From Thermoplasmatales archaeon (lineage in GTDB: Archaea; Thermoplasmatota; Thermoplasmata; Thermoplasmatales; GCA-001856825), in assembly GCA_027343225.1 (NCBI GenBank), contig DAHWMK010000005.1, positions 98,630 through 162,629 of the forward strand: a DNA stretch of 64,000 nt, written 5' to 3'. Below, one piece after another: positions 34,876 through 45,110 of this stretch; position 1 is the first letter of the stretch, and each line of letters opens with the position of its first letter. The position numbers and the translations under genes were made by a program. The notes below the pieces were generated by a model. That model worked only from the letters and a program-made list of their open reading frames with translations, did no database searches and had not been told where the DNA came from.

Positions 34876-36960
34876 ATGACATACCTACTGAGCTGGGAAC
34901 TATTCATACTGGCAACAGCACTAATCGGACTTGCTTATGCCGCTGTGCAGAGTTTCTTACTTCTAAGAATACCAGTTACGGAACAAAAGCCGGAAAAAAT
35001 TTCGAAGTCAATTCGTCAAGGAGCCAACGCATTCATGCGAAGGCAGTACACTAATGTCTTCATCTTTGCTGCAATACTTGCGGTAATAATATTTGTGGCG
35101 TTCTATTTTGAGTCTGGTCTCGGAGATGCGTGGAAGTTAACTACTGGGTTTCTCGTCGGAGCGATTGGATCAGCGATAGCTGGTCTCATAGGAATGAGCA
35201 TATCGGTAAGGGCAAATGTGAGGACTGCCATCGAAGCAAAGAAAGGACTTAATCCTGCCCTGAAACTTGCGTTCAGAGGTGGGACAGTCACTGGTCTAAT
35301 GGTTGCTTCACTTGCGCTCCTTGGATTAGTACTCTTTTACATGTGGTTTGGTAGTCCTATTCCAATGATCGGCTATATTTTTGGTGCTTCTCTCGTGAGC
35401 CTTTTTGCCAGAGTGGGTGGAGGGATATACACGAAGGGGGCAGATGTAGGGGCCGATCTTGTGGGGAAAGTCGAAGCAGGCATCCCGGAAGACGATCCAA
35501 GGAATCCTGCCGTTATAGCTGATAATGTAGGCGACAACGTGGGTGATTGTGCGGGAATGGGTGCGGACTTGTTTGAGACATATGTGGTTACTGCCCTTTC
35601 CGCAATGCTGGTGGGGTATTTCATCTACATCAACCATCTCAGTGCAAACGTATCGCAGAGTTTGGTAATCATGCCTCTGGCAATCGGTGGAACTGCAATA
35701 CTTGCTACCATCGTTGGATCATTCTTCGTAAAAAAGGGAGCAAAACAAAGAATAATGACTGCGCTGTACAAGGGGCTGATAGTTACAGTCATTTTGTCCG
35801 CCATCGGATTCTATGTCATAGACTACTATCTGATGAATGGAAATCTTGCAATATATTTTGATGCGATAATCGGGATGGTCATCATGGGAGTGATTGTCTA
35901 TGTCACCGAATACTATACTTCTGAAAGGTTCTCGCCGGTCGCAAAAATAGCCAAATCTTCCGTAACCGGAACGGGGACTAACATAATTACAGGCCTTTCG
36001 TACGGACTGCAAGCTGCGTTCATTCCTGCTGTAGTCATTATAGGAGGGATTGTGATTTCTTACTTCATAACCTTTAGTTCTTTTGGAAGCGACTCTTCGA
36101 TGGGCCTATACGGTATAGCAATTGCTGCTGCAAGCATGCTTTCTGCAACGGGCATGATAATTTCAATAGATTCATACGGGCCGATAACAGATAATGCTGG
36201 TGGAATAGCAGAGATGGCTGGTTTTGACAAGAAGACAAGGGATGAAGTAACGGATCCTCTGGATGCAGTGGGAAACACGACCAAGGCCGTCACGAAGGGA
36301 TATGCTATAGGAAGTGCAGCCCTCGCAGCATTGACTCTCTTTGCTGCATATCAATTCTCTATAGACAAAATAGTCAAGTTCCAAAGCATCCAGCTCACCG
36401 ATCCGATCGTGGTGTCAGGACTCATAATAGGCGGATCCCTGCCGTTCTTCTTTACCTCCTATCTAATGAATGCCGTTGGAAAAGCCGCGTCTGCGATTGT
36501 TGAAGAGGTCAGATCACAATTCAAACTGAGGCCAAAGATTCTTACAGGTGAAGACGAACCAGACTATGGAAAGGCGGTCGATATCGTGACGAAGGAGGCC
36601 CTTAAGCAACTGATGGTCCCTGCGTTGATAGCAGTTCTAACGCCCATAGCAGTGGGATTCATTCTGGGACCTCTTGCAGTAAGCGGATTATTAATGGGAG
36701 TGATCATAGCTGGATTTCCACTCGCTATAATGATGACAGTTGGGGGTGGAGCTTGGGATAACGCAAAGAAATACATTGAGCAAGGTAAGTATGGTGGAAA
36801 GGGATCAGAGGCCCACAAGGCGGCTGTCGTAGGAGATACTGTTGGAGACGCGACAAAAGATACCGCAGGTCCTGCCATAAATCCTCTAATAAAAGTGGTC
36901 AACACTATATCCATTCTGTTCGTTTCTATTATAATGTACCACTACCTTCTTCACATCTAG
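34876..36960 (+). CDS. hppA: Membrane-bound proton-translocating pyrophosphatase; K+-independent signature
   Basis: 694 aa. GGGIYTKGADVGADLVGKVE, DNVGDNVGDCAGMGADLFE, and GNTTKAVTKG (Lys/Thr version of the K+-dependence motif). Confidence 0.95.
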   Translation: MTYLLSWELFILATALIGLAYAAVQSFLLLRIPVTEQKPEKISKSIRQGANAFMRRQYTNVFIFAAILAVIIFVAFYFESGLGDAWKLTTGFLVGAIGSAIAGLIGMSISVRANVRTAIEAKKGLNPALKLAFRGGTVTGLMVASLALLGLVLFYMWFGSPIPMIGYIFGASLVSLFARVGGGIYTKGADVGADLVGKVEAGIPEDDPRNPAVIADNVGDNVGDCAGMGADLFETYVVTALSAMLVGYFIYINHLSANVSQSLVIMPLAIGGTAILATIVGSFFVKKGAKQRIMTALYKGLIVTVILSAIGFYVIDYYLMNGNLAIYFDAIIGMVIMGVIVYVTEYYTSERFSPVAKIAKSSVTGTGTNIITGLSYGLQAAFIPAVVIIGGIVISYFITFSSFGSDSSMGLYGIAIAAASMLSATGMIISIDSYGPITDNAGGIAEMAGFDKKTRDEVTDPLDAVGNTTKAVTKGYAIGSAALAALTLFAAYQFSIDKIVKFQSIQLTDPIVVSGLIIGGSLPFFFTSYLMNAVGKAASAIVEEVRSQFKLRPKILTGEDEPDYGKAVDIVTKEALKQLMVPALIAVLTPIAVGFILGPLAVSGLLMGVIIAGFPLAIMMTVGGGAWDNAKKYIEQGKYGGKGSEAHKAAVVGDTVGDATKDTAGPAINPLIKVVNTISILFVSIIMYHYLLHI

Positions 36961-38027
36961 ATTTCTTTTATTTTTTTCACAATTTTTATCAATTTTGAAT
37001 TGTCTCTAACGTCATGGACCCTGATTATATCAGCTCCATTCATAAGCGCTATCGTATTCAAAATAAGAGATGATTCTCCCCTCTGGTCCACCGATTCACC
37101 CATAATCTCTCCTATGAAGCTCTTTCTTGATAATCCGATCAAAAGTGGATGACCGAGCTTTAGGTCTCTGAGATTTCGAATTATTGAAAGGTTGTCTTCG
37201 ACCCTTTTTCCAAATCCAATCCCGGGATCAAGAATTATATTGCTTTCTATTCCAAGCTCAGCTGACTGAGAAATTTTTTGATAGAAAAAATCGATGATTT
37301 CATTAATGACATTTTGGTATGACGGCGAGTGCTGCATCGTTTTAAAATCTCCTTTCTTGTGCATTAGGACTATTGGAACTTCGTACTTCTTTGCGAGCTT
37401 TCCCACTTCTGGATTATCCATACCGGTGACGTCATTGATTAAGTGTGCACCCATGTCCAGACATTCCCTCAGGACCTCAGGTGCATACGAATCTACTGAC
37501 ACGATGAAATTCCTATTTAGAGAGATTTCAACAGCTTTCAATATTCTTTTCATTTCTTCCTGCGGCGAGATCCTCTCGCTACCAGGCCTTGTGCTCTGAC
37601 CCCCTATGTCGACTAGTTTCGCTCCCGCTTGCTCAATTTCATCGAGCCTTCCATCGACTTCACCCTCCTTTGTTCTACTCTCAGCGTAAAATGAATCTGG
37701 CGTCAGGTTCATGATGGCCATAACCTCAGGAAATCTCAAGCCGGACTGTTTCCCTTTAATTGTGAGTGAAGGTGCAGACCTCCAGAAGTTCTTTAAGAGT
37801 GGACCGTGAATTTTAGTGATAACATCGTTCAAGTCGCTCAGAAACATTGGATAGATGTTCATACTACCTGACTCTAATCCCCTGGAACAGAATTCTAGTG
37901 GTTCAGGGGATACCAAAAAAGCGTCAAAATCCGCCAATTCATTGTATTGGATGTTGAATTCTCTTGAAATTGAAAGGGGATTGAACCTGAAGTAGACGTT
38001 CCTATTCCATCGTCGTGAACTGGGCAT
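36957..38027 (-). CDS. folP: Dihydropteroate synthase with a roughly 100-aa N-terminal extension
   Basis: Pterin-binding core from VMAIMNLTPDSFY, then DIGGQSTRPG, INDVTG and GIGFGK. The preceding roughly 100 aa have no recognised family. Later Met codons exist, so the start is uncertain. Confidence 0.85.
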   Translation of the reverse strand: MPSSRRWNRNVYFRFNPLSISREFNIQYNELADFDAFLVSPEPLEFCSRGLESGSMNIYPMFLSDLNDVITKIHGPLLKNFWRSAPSLTIKGKQSGLRFPEVMAIMNLTPDSFYAESRTKEGEVDGRLDEIEQAGAKLVDIGGQSTRPGSERISPQEEMKRILKAVEISLNRNFIVSVDSYAPEVLRECLDMGAHLINDVTGMDNPEVGKLAKKYEVPIVLMHKKGDFKTMQHSPSYQNVINEIIDFFYQKISQSAELGIESNIILDPGIGFGKRVEDNLSIIRNLRDLKLGHPLLIGLSRKSFIGEIMGESVDQRGESSLILNTIALMNGADIIRVHDVRDNSKLIKIVKKIKEI

Positions 38028-38328
38028 GTGGAATACCTTGAATATAGATTATATTCTCCTTGGATATGAGACCAAGGTCCAAAGCCAGACCTACACTTCT
38101 TCTTCCAACCAAGTTTGCGATCGAGCACATAGATAGCAGATCTCTTAGTGCATTATCTTCCACGAGAACTTCCTTGTAAAAATTTTCAGAAACGTTTAGT
38201 TTGAATTTTTCGTCTCGTAGTACCTTACCTATCAACTCTTCGTCTGCAGCTGCAAGGAGTGTGTCAGTTGGCGTTCTAAACACGTGTGTCCAGATCAATT
38301 TGTTCGTCCCTTCTTCACTTGTCGGCAA
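38002..38328 (-). CDS. DUF424-family archaeal protein
   Basis: 108 aa. LLAAADEELIGKVL ... FYKE ... NLVGRRSV ... GIPHAQ matches my recollection of DUF424. TTG start; a second TTG 10 codons in is equally plausible. Overlaps the annotated folP start by 26 nt. Confidence 0.6.
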   Translation of the reverse strand: MPTSEEGTNKLIWTHVFRTPTDTLLAAADEELIGKVLRDEKFKLNVSENFYKEVLVEDNALRDLLSMCSIANLVGRRSVGLALDLGLISKENIIYIQGIPHAQFTTME

Positions 38329-38577
38329 ACTGAAATGGAATCAACGTATATGTATTATTAGTTTACTCTTTATCATACATTACTTCTGACTTAATGATGG
38401 GGCAACTCTCGAGCCGCGATCATAATATCACTTTCGCTCCGAAAGTATCAGAAAAGTGAAGTCGTATGTTACTAGAATAGAACTGTAAATATACTCGAGA
38501 GTCCAAACCAGCTCTCTGTTTTCCATCTGGTTAATTATTTTCGGAGGGTTAATGACGGTGTTTCTAAGTATTTGCAT

Positions 38578-40686
38578 CTACTTCTTTACAACGCGGTAAG
38601 CCATTCCGTTATTGTGTTCCGTAATGTCCCCGCTATCGTGTAATTTCTTGAGAGTAGTTTCCACGAGTTTTTCATCAATCCCTGCCTTCTTTGCCTCTTC
38701 CATGATATCATCAATCGAAGCAAGTTTGTTTGGATTGGATTCCTGAAGTCTCTTTATTACATCCGTAATTGAGAAAGCAGATTTCCGGTCTTTAGAACTG
38801 TATCCAGACAAAATGATGTCCACGTCCGGTATCCCGTTTACTACTGTTGTCTGGTTGAGGAAAGAATCCATCAGATTCTCGGCTCTTTCAACGTCCTGTA
38901 CATCAACTCTATCGGAAAGTCGGACTCTTGCAGAAGCCTCCGATAACCGAACCAGAGCTTCTAGTTGTCTGGGCGTGATTGCGACAGTGCCTTGCTTTGC
39001 GGTGGATGCCCTTTTATCAACATAGTATTTCTTGATCATCTCACTTGCCTTGGATGACATAATCGGAAAACTGGACTTCCTTGCATAGACAATGTACTTC
39101 TTTAAGAAGTCACGCTCGAATACAGGGTATATTTGCGCTTTTTCCCCACCACGTCCTCCAGCTATGCTCTCACCAGCCTTGTGTACCTTGAGAATATAAT
39201 CAGCCATTTTGCTATCAACATTCCCGGGCCTGTCAACAATGACGAAAATCAGGTCGAATCTTGACAGCAATGTCACAGGAAATTCGGTTTGGCTTGGAAA
39301 TGGCTCGCTCTCGTCATATCTCCCAAATTTCGGATTAGCAGCTGCCAGTACAGCGCATCTTGACATCAGCGTGGCATTGATGCCCGCTTTAGATATTGAA
39401 ATAGTCTGTTGCTCCATTGCCTGGTGCATTGCGCCGCTATCTTCTTTATCCATCTTGTCTAGTTCATCAACTGCAGCTAATCCGCCGTCCGCAAGGACTA
39501 GTGTTCCGGCTTCGAGGGTCCACCTTCCCTCTGAGAGTTCATCCTTGACTGCGGCGGCTGTTAGTCCGGCTGCAGAGCTCCCTTTTCCTGAGGTGTATAC
39601 AGCTTTAGGAGATATGTTGGCCGCATATGTCAGTATCTGCGATTTCGCGACTCCCGGGTCTCCAAATAAAAGGACGTGGATATCACCCCTGATGTAGGTC
39701 CCGTCGTCAAACGCTTTTCTCTCCCCTCCGAAGAGTTGCAGTATCACTGCCTCTTTGACAATCTCGTTGCCGAAAACTGCTGGGGCAACGCTTCCGACCA
39801 ACTTGGAGTATATTTCCGGGTCTTTGGCGGCCCTTTCAATTGCCTTTATGTCCTCATCATCAAGCATTACCTCCTCATACTCGGATGATTCCCTCTCTAC
39901 ATACATTGCGTCGAGATAGATGTCAAATTGCCTCGAAGGATTCTGGGGATTTTGGGATTTCTGTTTTCCCTTCAATATCCCGTTGACTGTTATTCTATCA
40001 CCCGGATTGTTCTTCCCGCACAGCTCGTCTTCCAAATGAATTACAAGTCTCGCAGGCTGAGCAGCACCTCTCAGGAACTCTGGTTTCTCTTCTATGGTAA
40101 TTATCTGGGTGTCGTAGTAGATTGAACGTTCTGGAATGAATTTGAATCTAGCTTCTTCCTTTGGTTTGCCACACCTTTCGCAGTTAATTGGTTCGAGAAT
40201 CCTCGTACCCATCTGAGGGTAAAGAATAATTTCCTTGCAATAGCTGCATCGATATGCAGCACTGACTATCGTCGGCACTACCTCCGATACTCTCTTGACC
40301 ACCCCGTCTACCTGAAGGAATGTGTTTAGGTCTTCACTTCTGAGCTCTCTTATGTTCCTCTTTATGTCAGGAAGCTTTGAAGATATCGAGATTCGTACCC
40401 TGTTATCCTTCCGGGATTTGAAGTCATCCGAAAGAAGACCATCATGTACAGACTTGCCTTCTTCCCATCCATTCAAAACTTCCCTCAGGCGATTTAGGTA
40501 TTCGTCAGGGTACCGTAGGAAATTTAGGGCAAAGTCCATGTTTATCTTATCCATCTCTTCATAACTTATAGATAATGTCTTGTCCTTGGAATCTTTTGAA
40601 TTGATACGGGCAATGTCAGCAGTCTTGGATTCAAGAACTGTACTCCACAGAGCCCTCAGCTCGTCATCTCTGAAATATTCCCTCAT
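38578..40686 (-). CDS. mcm: MCM replicative helicase
   Basis: 702 aa. Zinc finger CSYCKE...CERCG, Walker A GDPGVAKSQ, Walker B AAVDELDKM, arginine finger SRFDLIF, and a C-terminal winged helix. No intein. Confidence 0.95.
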   Translation of the reverse strand: MREYFRDDELRALWSTVLESKTADIARINSKDSKDKTLSISYEEMDKINMDFALNFLRYPDEYLNRLREVLNGWEEGKSVHDGLLSDDFKSRKDNRVRISISSKLPDIKRNIRELRSEDLNTFLQVDGVVKRVSEVVPTIVSAAYRCSYCKEIILYPQMGTRILEPINCERCGKPKEEARFKFIPERSIYYDTQIITIEEKPEFLRGAAQPARLVIHLEDELCGKNNPGDRITVNGILKGKQKSQNPQNPSRQFDIYLDAMYVERESSEYEEVMLDDEDIKAIERAAKDPEIYSKLVGSVAPAVFGNEIVKEAVILQLFGGERKAFDDGTYIRGDIHVLLFGDPGVAKSQILTYAANISPKAVYTSGKGSSAAGLTAAAVKDELSEGRWTLEAGTLVLADGGLAAVDELDKMDKEDSGAMHQAMEQQTISISKAGINATLMSRCAVLAAANPKFGRYDESEPFPSQTEFPVTLLSRFDLIFVIVDRPGNVDSKMADYILKVHKAGESIAGGRGGEKAQIYPVFERDFLKKYIVYARKSSFPIMSSKASEMIKKYYVDKRASTAKQGTVAITPRQLEALVRLSEASARVRLSDRVDVQDVERAENLMDSFLNQTTVVNGIPDVDIILSGYSSKDRKSAFSITDVIKRLQESNPNKLASIDDIMEEAKKAGIDEKLVETTLKKLHDSGDITEHNNGMAYRVVKK

Positions 40687-40796
40687 CGACTATTGATGCG
40701 TCTTCATTATTTTATCCTTTTTAGGGAGTCTGGCGAGAGTTACGCTACAGGCTAGGCACTTATTAAAAATAAAAAATAATTCAATTTATGATATGT

Positions 40797-41336
40797 TTAG
40801 AACTGCTGGATTGGTCTGTTCTTAGGTTTTAGAACAGCCCCAATGATCACCACGATAATCCCAACTATTGCTAGCAGCACACCGATAATGAGCAAGAGTC
40901 CGAAGATAACGAGCTGACTTAAACCTCCAGATTTAAGAACAGCGTAGTCCATTGTGGACGGCGGGGTACTCCCAAAAGTCACTACTACGTAACTTCCATT
41001 TAGACCAATGTAAACATAGGTGTTTGTTGATGATGCAGAATGCGTCGAAGGGGTTATTGCAAAACCAGCAACGTTGGCAGAATTTACTGAGTTTAGATCC
41101 TGTGAAGGGATCAGATAAGCTTGGACGCTAGAAACCACAATTAATTCATAATCAGGGCTGACATTCAGCGTATTTGAATAAAAGTCACCATTTGTCCCAG
41201 CTTTCATTATATTCCCAGCACCGCTTATGGAACGAACTGCTCCCCCTGTAACTTCATATGTCGAAAAACCTGCAACAATAACCCCGATAACAAGTAGTAT
41301 CAAGCCGATAATTAAGAGGTTTTTCCTCATACCCAC
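40797..41336 (-). CDS. Bitopic surface protein with N- and C-terminal TM helices (179 aa)
   Basis: Hydrophobic helices at both ends with a Ser/Thr/Asn-rich middle. No family recognised. Confidence 0.5.
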   Translation of the reverse strand: MGMRKNLLIIGLILLVIGVIVAGFSTYEVTGGAVRSISGAGNIMKAGTNGDFYSNTLNVSPDYELIVVSSVQAYLIPSQDLNSVNSANVAGFAITPSTHSASSTNTYVYIGLNGSYVVVTFGSTPPSTMDYAVLKSGGLSQLVIFGLLLIIGVLLAIVGIIVVIIGAVLKPKNRPIQQF

Positions 41337-41496
41337 CGAGTCCTAGTATCTATATCTAATTTTCTCGAGTTGTATTCGTTCAATGATTGTCGCCTTAAAT
41401 CTAATTTGGGGGTAAAGAAAATTCTGGAGATGAGTAAGGTTTAAACTGTATCTTGCAAACTTTTAATAGAATGACAAGAATTCACGGTGTGCCCTT

Positions 41497-41569
41497 GCAG
41501 GTGTTGTGTAGCCTGGTAGCACAAAGGCCTTCCAAGCCTTTAGCCCGGGTCCAAATCCCGGCACCTGCA
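41497..41569 (+). tRNA. tRNA-Gly (UCC), intron-less; CCA not encoded
   Basis: Hand-folded. Acceptor GCAGGUG/CACCUGC with A73, D stem GUGU/GCAC, anticodon stem AAGGC/GCCUU, loop CUUCCAA, T arm CCGGG-UCCAAAU-CCCGG. A TATA-like CTTTTAATAG lies about 30-38 nt upstream. Confidence 0.82.
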
Positions 41570-41783
41570 TCAAGATACGTTTTCACAAACTTTCCCTAAT
41601 GATCTCGAGGCGTTTTAAATTAACATCTGCAGATCTCGGAAGGAGATTAGTAAAATTCGTCAATTGAGCTACCTCTACCAGTAAGTAGATAATCTATTTA
41701 ATTACCCTAAAGTCAGTTTAAAGAAAAGAGATTAGAAAAATAAGAGGTCAAATTAAAGGTGTAGTGAGCATCTAGGGCTACCC

Positions 41784-43049
41784 TCAACCTGTAAGCTTCG
41801 AAACAGTGGTAAACTTACCTTCCCATATATCATCGAACAATTCAGTTAAGTTTTCCTTTGTGACCCTTCTCGGGTTGTTGGCCGGGAGGTTATATATGTA
41901 TTGCCTCTCATTCAGGAGGTATTCAAACATTTCGAAGAGTCTGTCTTTGCCAAATTTAGACGCATTTTTCAGCGCCACCGGCATCTCCAGACTCTTCATC
42001 AGTGCAACCACCGAACTTATGGCCTCTGAAGCGGCCTCTAGGTCCGATAGACCGTACGTGTCCACTCCGAAAGCCTCAGCTACTGGCCTCAGTCTTTGCG
42101 ATACCATAGGAAGATTGTAATCCATTGCGTGGGGCAGCATTATCCCGCAGGCAAATCCGTGTGGAATTCCAAATTTCGGACCCAATGCTTCGGACATGCA
42201 GTGCCCTATTGTTGCTGGTCCGCCGACCCAAGGGAAGGCTATCACCCACCCTCCCATCATTGCAGCGTACGACATATTGACTCTTGCCTCAACGTCGTTT
42301 CCGTTGTTATATGCTCTGGTGAGGTATTTGGAAATCAAATGGACGCCTTGATGTATCATCCCATCTGACAAAGGATTTGGCGCATTGGTTAGAACTCCCT
42401 CAATCAGATGGCTAAGTGCATCCATACCCGTGTTCCTAGTCGCGAATGGAGGTAGGCTAAATGTCAGCGATGGGTCTATTAACGAAGCGTTTGAGGTAAC
42501 CTTGGAACTCGTAATCCAGGTTTTGTATCCTGCCTCCGTGACCACAAGTGTGTTTGATGTTTCGCTCCCAGTCCCTGCAGTAGTTGGTATCAGGATTTTG
42601 TTGGAGCCAGGATTTGCAACTTTATCGGAGAATGCGTCGGGGGGCAGCGCATAGTAGTCTTTTGGTTCACCAATGTTTGTTACCATTATCGACATCAGTT
42701 TTGTTAGGTCCATTACACTCCCACCACCTACTCCTATGTAGAGATCCGGTTTATCCCTTCTTGCCTTGCTAACCAATTCCTTTGTCATTTCCGTGGTTGG
42801 CTCACCTACAGGAATCAGGAGTCTTTCGAATTCCAGTCCAGCAGTCTTAAGAGAGGTCTCTATCTTTTCTAGTGCCCCGGTCTTGGCAACTATGTCATCG
42901 CTTACCAAGACTGTCTTCTTGGACCCAAACTCCTTTACCAGCTGTGGTAAGTTGTTCTGGGACGTTCCAATACCAAATACGACCCTAGGCGGATTGCCAA
43001 AATCCAACCCCGTGTCGCTTCTAATCGGGTTGAAGTTATCGGAATTCAT
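41784..43049 (-). CDS. Iron-containing (group III) alcohol dehydrogenase
   Basis: 421 aa. GVGGGSVMDLTK dinucleotide-binding motif and a His-rich metal site (DALSHLIE, GHCMSE, PHG). Confidence 0.88.
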   Translation of the reverse strand: MNSDNFNPIRSDTGLDFGNPPRVVFGIGTSQNNLPQLVKEFGSKKTVLVSDDIVAKTGALEKIETSLKTAGLEFERLLIPVGEPTTEMTKELVSKARRDKPDLYIGVGGGSVMDLTKLMSIMVTNIGEPKDYYALPPDAFSDKVANPGSNKILIPTTAGTGSETSNTLVVTEAGYKTWITSSKVTSNASLIDPSLTFSLPPFATRNTGMDALSHLIEGVLTNAPNPLSDGMIHQGVHLISKYLTRAYNNGNDVEARVNMSYAAMMGGWVIAFPWVGGPATIGHCMSEALGPKFGIPHGFACGIMLPHAMDYNLPMVSQRLRPVAEAFGVDTYGLSDLEAASEAISSVVALMKSLEMPVALKNASKFGKDRLFEMFEYLLNERQYIYNLPANNPRRVTKENLTELFDDIWEGKFTTVSKLTG

Positions 43050-43057
43050 CGTTTCAC

Positions 43058-44563
43058 CTAATTTCCTCCATAAATTTGGTAGTACCAGCTTTTTCTGACT
43101 TTACCGGTCAAGTCAAAGTAGACGTGCTTTATGTAGGTAAACTCCTCCAGGCTGTAAGCAGAAAGTGAAGCACCGTGACCACTTTGTTTGTATCCTGCCC
43201 ACGGCATTTCAGATGGAACAGTCACATGTTCATTTACCCAGACCGTACCAAACCTCAGATCCTTTACAGCATTCATCGCGGTCGTTACATTCTTTGTCCA
43301 CACAGACGATCCAAGTCCATAGATGACACCGTTGCTCTTGGAAATGACTTCGTCGTACGTCGTGAAAGGCAGTATGCTGAATACAGGTCCAAATATCTCC
43401 TCCTGAACTATATCGGACTGTTGGTTTTCAGTGTAGATCACCGTGGGATTCAGAAAGAACCCATTTTCCATTCCCTTTATCGTTGGTCTCTTTCCTCCTT
43501 CCAGTAGATTTCCTCCCTGTTCGATTCCCTTCTCGATGTATCCCTCCACCCTGTCCCTCTGAGAACTGGACACAAGAGGACCCACATCCGTTTTTGGATC
43601 CATTGGATCCCCAACCTTCACTTTCTTCAACTTCTTTATAAGCAAGTTGGTAAATTTGTCTTTGACTGACTTGTGGACATAATACCTCGTGGAGTTTGCG
43701 CAATCTTCGCCATTATTGACCAATCCCCCAACTATCGCACTCTCCGTCGCAGCATCTAGGTCAGCATCTTCAAAGACTATGAAAGGAGCCTTCCCCCCAA
43801 GTTCGACTGATATCTTTTTTAGGGTAGAAGAACCAAGTTCGTGGAGTTTCTTGCCAACTTCTGTGCTTCCAGTAAACGCTATCATGTCTACGTTTCTGTT
43901 CCTTGCAAGTGCCTCTCCAACTCTTCCCCCAGGTCCGGTGATTACGTTGAATACCCCCTTTGGAACACCAACCTTTTCTATGATTTTAGCAAGTTCTAAT
44001 GTAGTTAGTGGAGTATAGCTAGCTGGTTTGACAACAACGCTGTTTCCCATTGCTAGTGCTGGGAATGCTCTCCATACCGCCATCATTAACGGGTAGTTCC
44101 AGGGAGTTATGACGCCAATTACTCCAATTGGCTCTCTCCTAATGGCGCTAGTACCTTCACCAACATATTCTCCCATAGCTTTCCCTTCCAGTACCCTTGA
44201 AGCGCCTGCAAGAAATCGAATGTTGTCTACCGTATAGGGGAGGTCATATCCCGTTGTTTGTTTTATCGACTTCCCCGAAATCTGGGTCTCAAGAATGGCC
44301 AGTTCCGACATTCTCTCCTCAATCATTGAAGCTACTTTGAGTAGCATAACGGATCTTTCTCCGGGACTTAGCTTACTCCAAACGCCCCTGTTAAAAGAGT
44401 CCCCGGCAGATTCAACAGCAAAATCAACATCGTCATTCGTAGCACTTGGCACTTCTGCAAATTGGGATCCAGTCGCAGGGTTAAGGACTGTGAAACTCTC
44501 TCCATTCGAAGAATTTTTCCATTCGCCATTTATAAACATTTGATAGGTCATAACAACACTCAA
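43058..44563 (-). CDS. NAD(P)-dependent aldehyde dehydrogenase
   Basis: 501 aa. ELGGKAP catalytic Glu block, Cys block NNGEDCANSTR, and GSTEVGK. Lies 8 nt upstream of the ADH gene, so they are probably one operon. Confidence 0.92.
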   Translation of the reverse strand: MSVVMTYQMFINGEWKNSSNGESFTVLNPATGSQFAEVPSATNDDVDFAVESAGDSFNRGVWSKLSPGERSVMLLKVASMIEERMSELAILETQISGKSIKQTTGYDLPYTVDNIRFLAGASRVLEGKAMGEYVGEGTSAIRREPIGVIGVITPWNYPLMMAVWRAFPALAMGNSVVVKPASYTPLTTLELAKIIEKVGVPKGVFNVITGPGGRVGEALARNRNVDMIAFTGSTEVGKKLHELGSSTLKKISVELGGKAPFIVFEDADLDAATESAIVGGLVNNGEDCANSTRYYVHKSVKDKFTNLLIKKLKKVKVGDPMDPKTDVGPLVSSSQRDRVEGYIEKGIEQGGNLLEGGKRPTIKGMENGFFLNPTVIYTENQQSDIVQEEIFGPVFSILPFTTYDEVISKSNGVIYGLGSSVWTKNVTTAMNAVKDLRFGTVWVNEHVTVPSEMPWAGYKQSGHGASLSAYSLEEFTYIKHVYFDLTGKVRKSWYYQIYGGN

Positions 44564-45110
44564 AATAGTATGGACTTTTATTTATTTAACAGTTTGGAAA
44601 TTGGCCATAACACGCAATTATCTGGTAGGCTCTATTTACCATTTATAAATCTGTAAAGCGAGTTTTAGATTAGTTTGCACATTTTCGGAGTTATTCCTCT
44701 CGGGATACGATAATGTTTTGATTTAATTGAAGTCACTCGATTCCTGTCATTTAGAATTAGCTCTCCACTGCAACGAAATCATACTTGATATAGTGCAGAA
44801 CCAAGCAGCCGGGTATCCAAAATAGTTATTCTTGTTGATGCGTCTTACATTCATTCCCTAAGATACAAATATATGGGTTTACCAGGAAACTGCTGTAATT
44901 GAAACATGAAACTACATCGCGACTTCATAAATGTAAATATTGATATCGTTCCTTCCAAATCGCAATCAATTTTCAGTGTTAGTCGGAGTGCAGTCAAGCA
45001 CCGTCTTAATAATGTTAATTTACTAAATATTTTAAATCTGCTCAAAATATATTATTCGCAGAACTTAATTATTTGAAGACGATTCTGTCATTGAAATTTG
45101 GTGATCTATA

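Noticed and set aside
38438-38454. Perfect hairpin ACTTTCG-CTC-CGAAAGT between mcm and the DUF424 gene; also the palindrome TGATCTA-AA-TAGATCA at about 59236-59252 between the convergent GNAT and gdhA genes
   Set aside because: Short isolated inverted repeats in intergenic DNA. Archaeal termination does not require hairpins, and I cannot tie them to any function. They are noted only as possible protein-binding sites.
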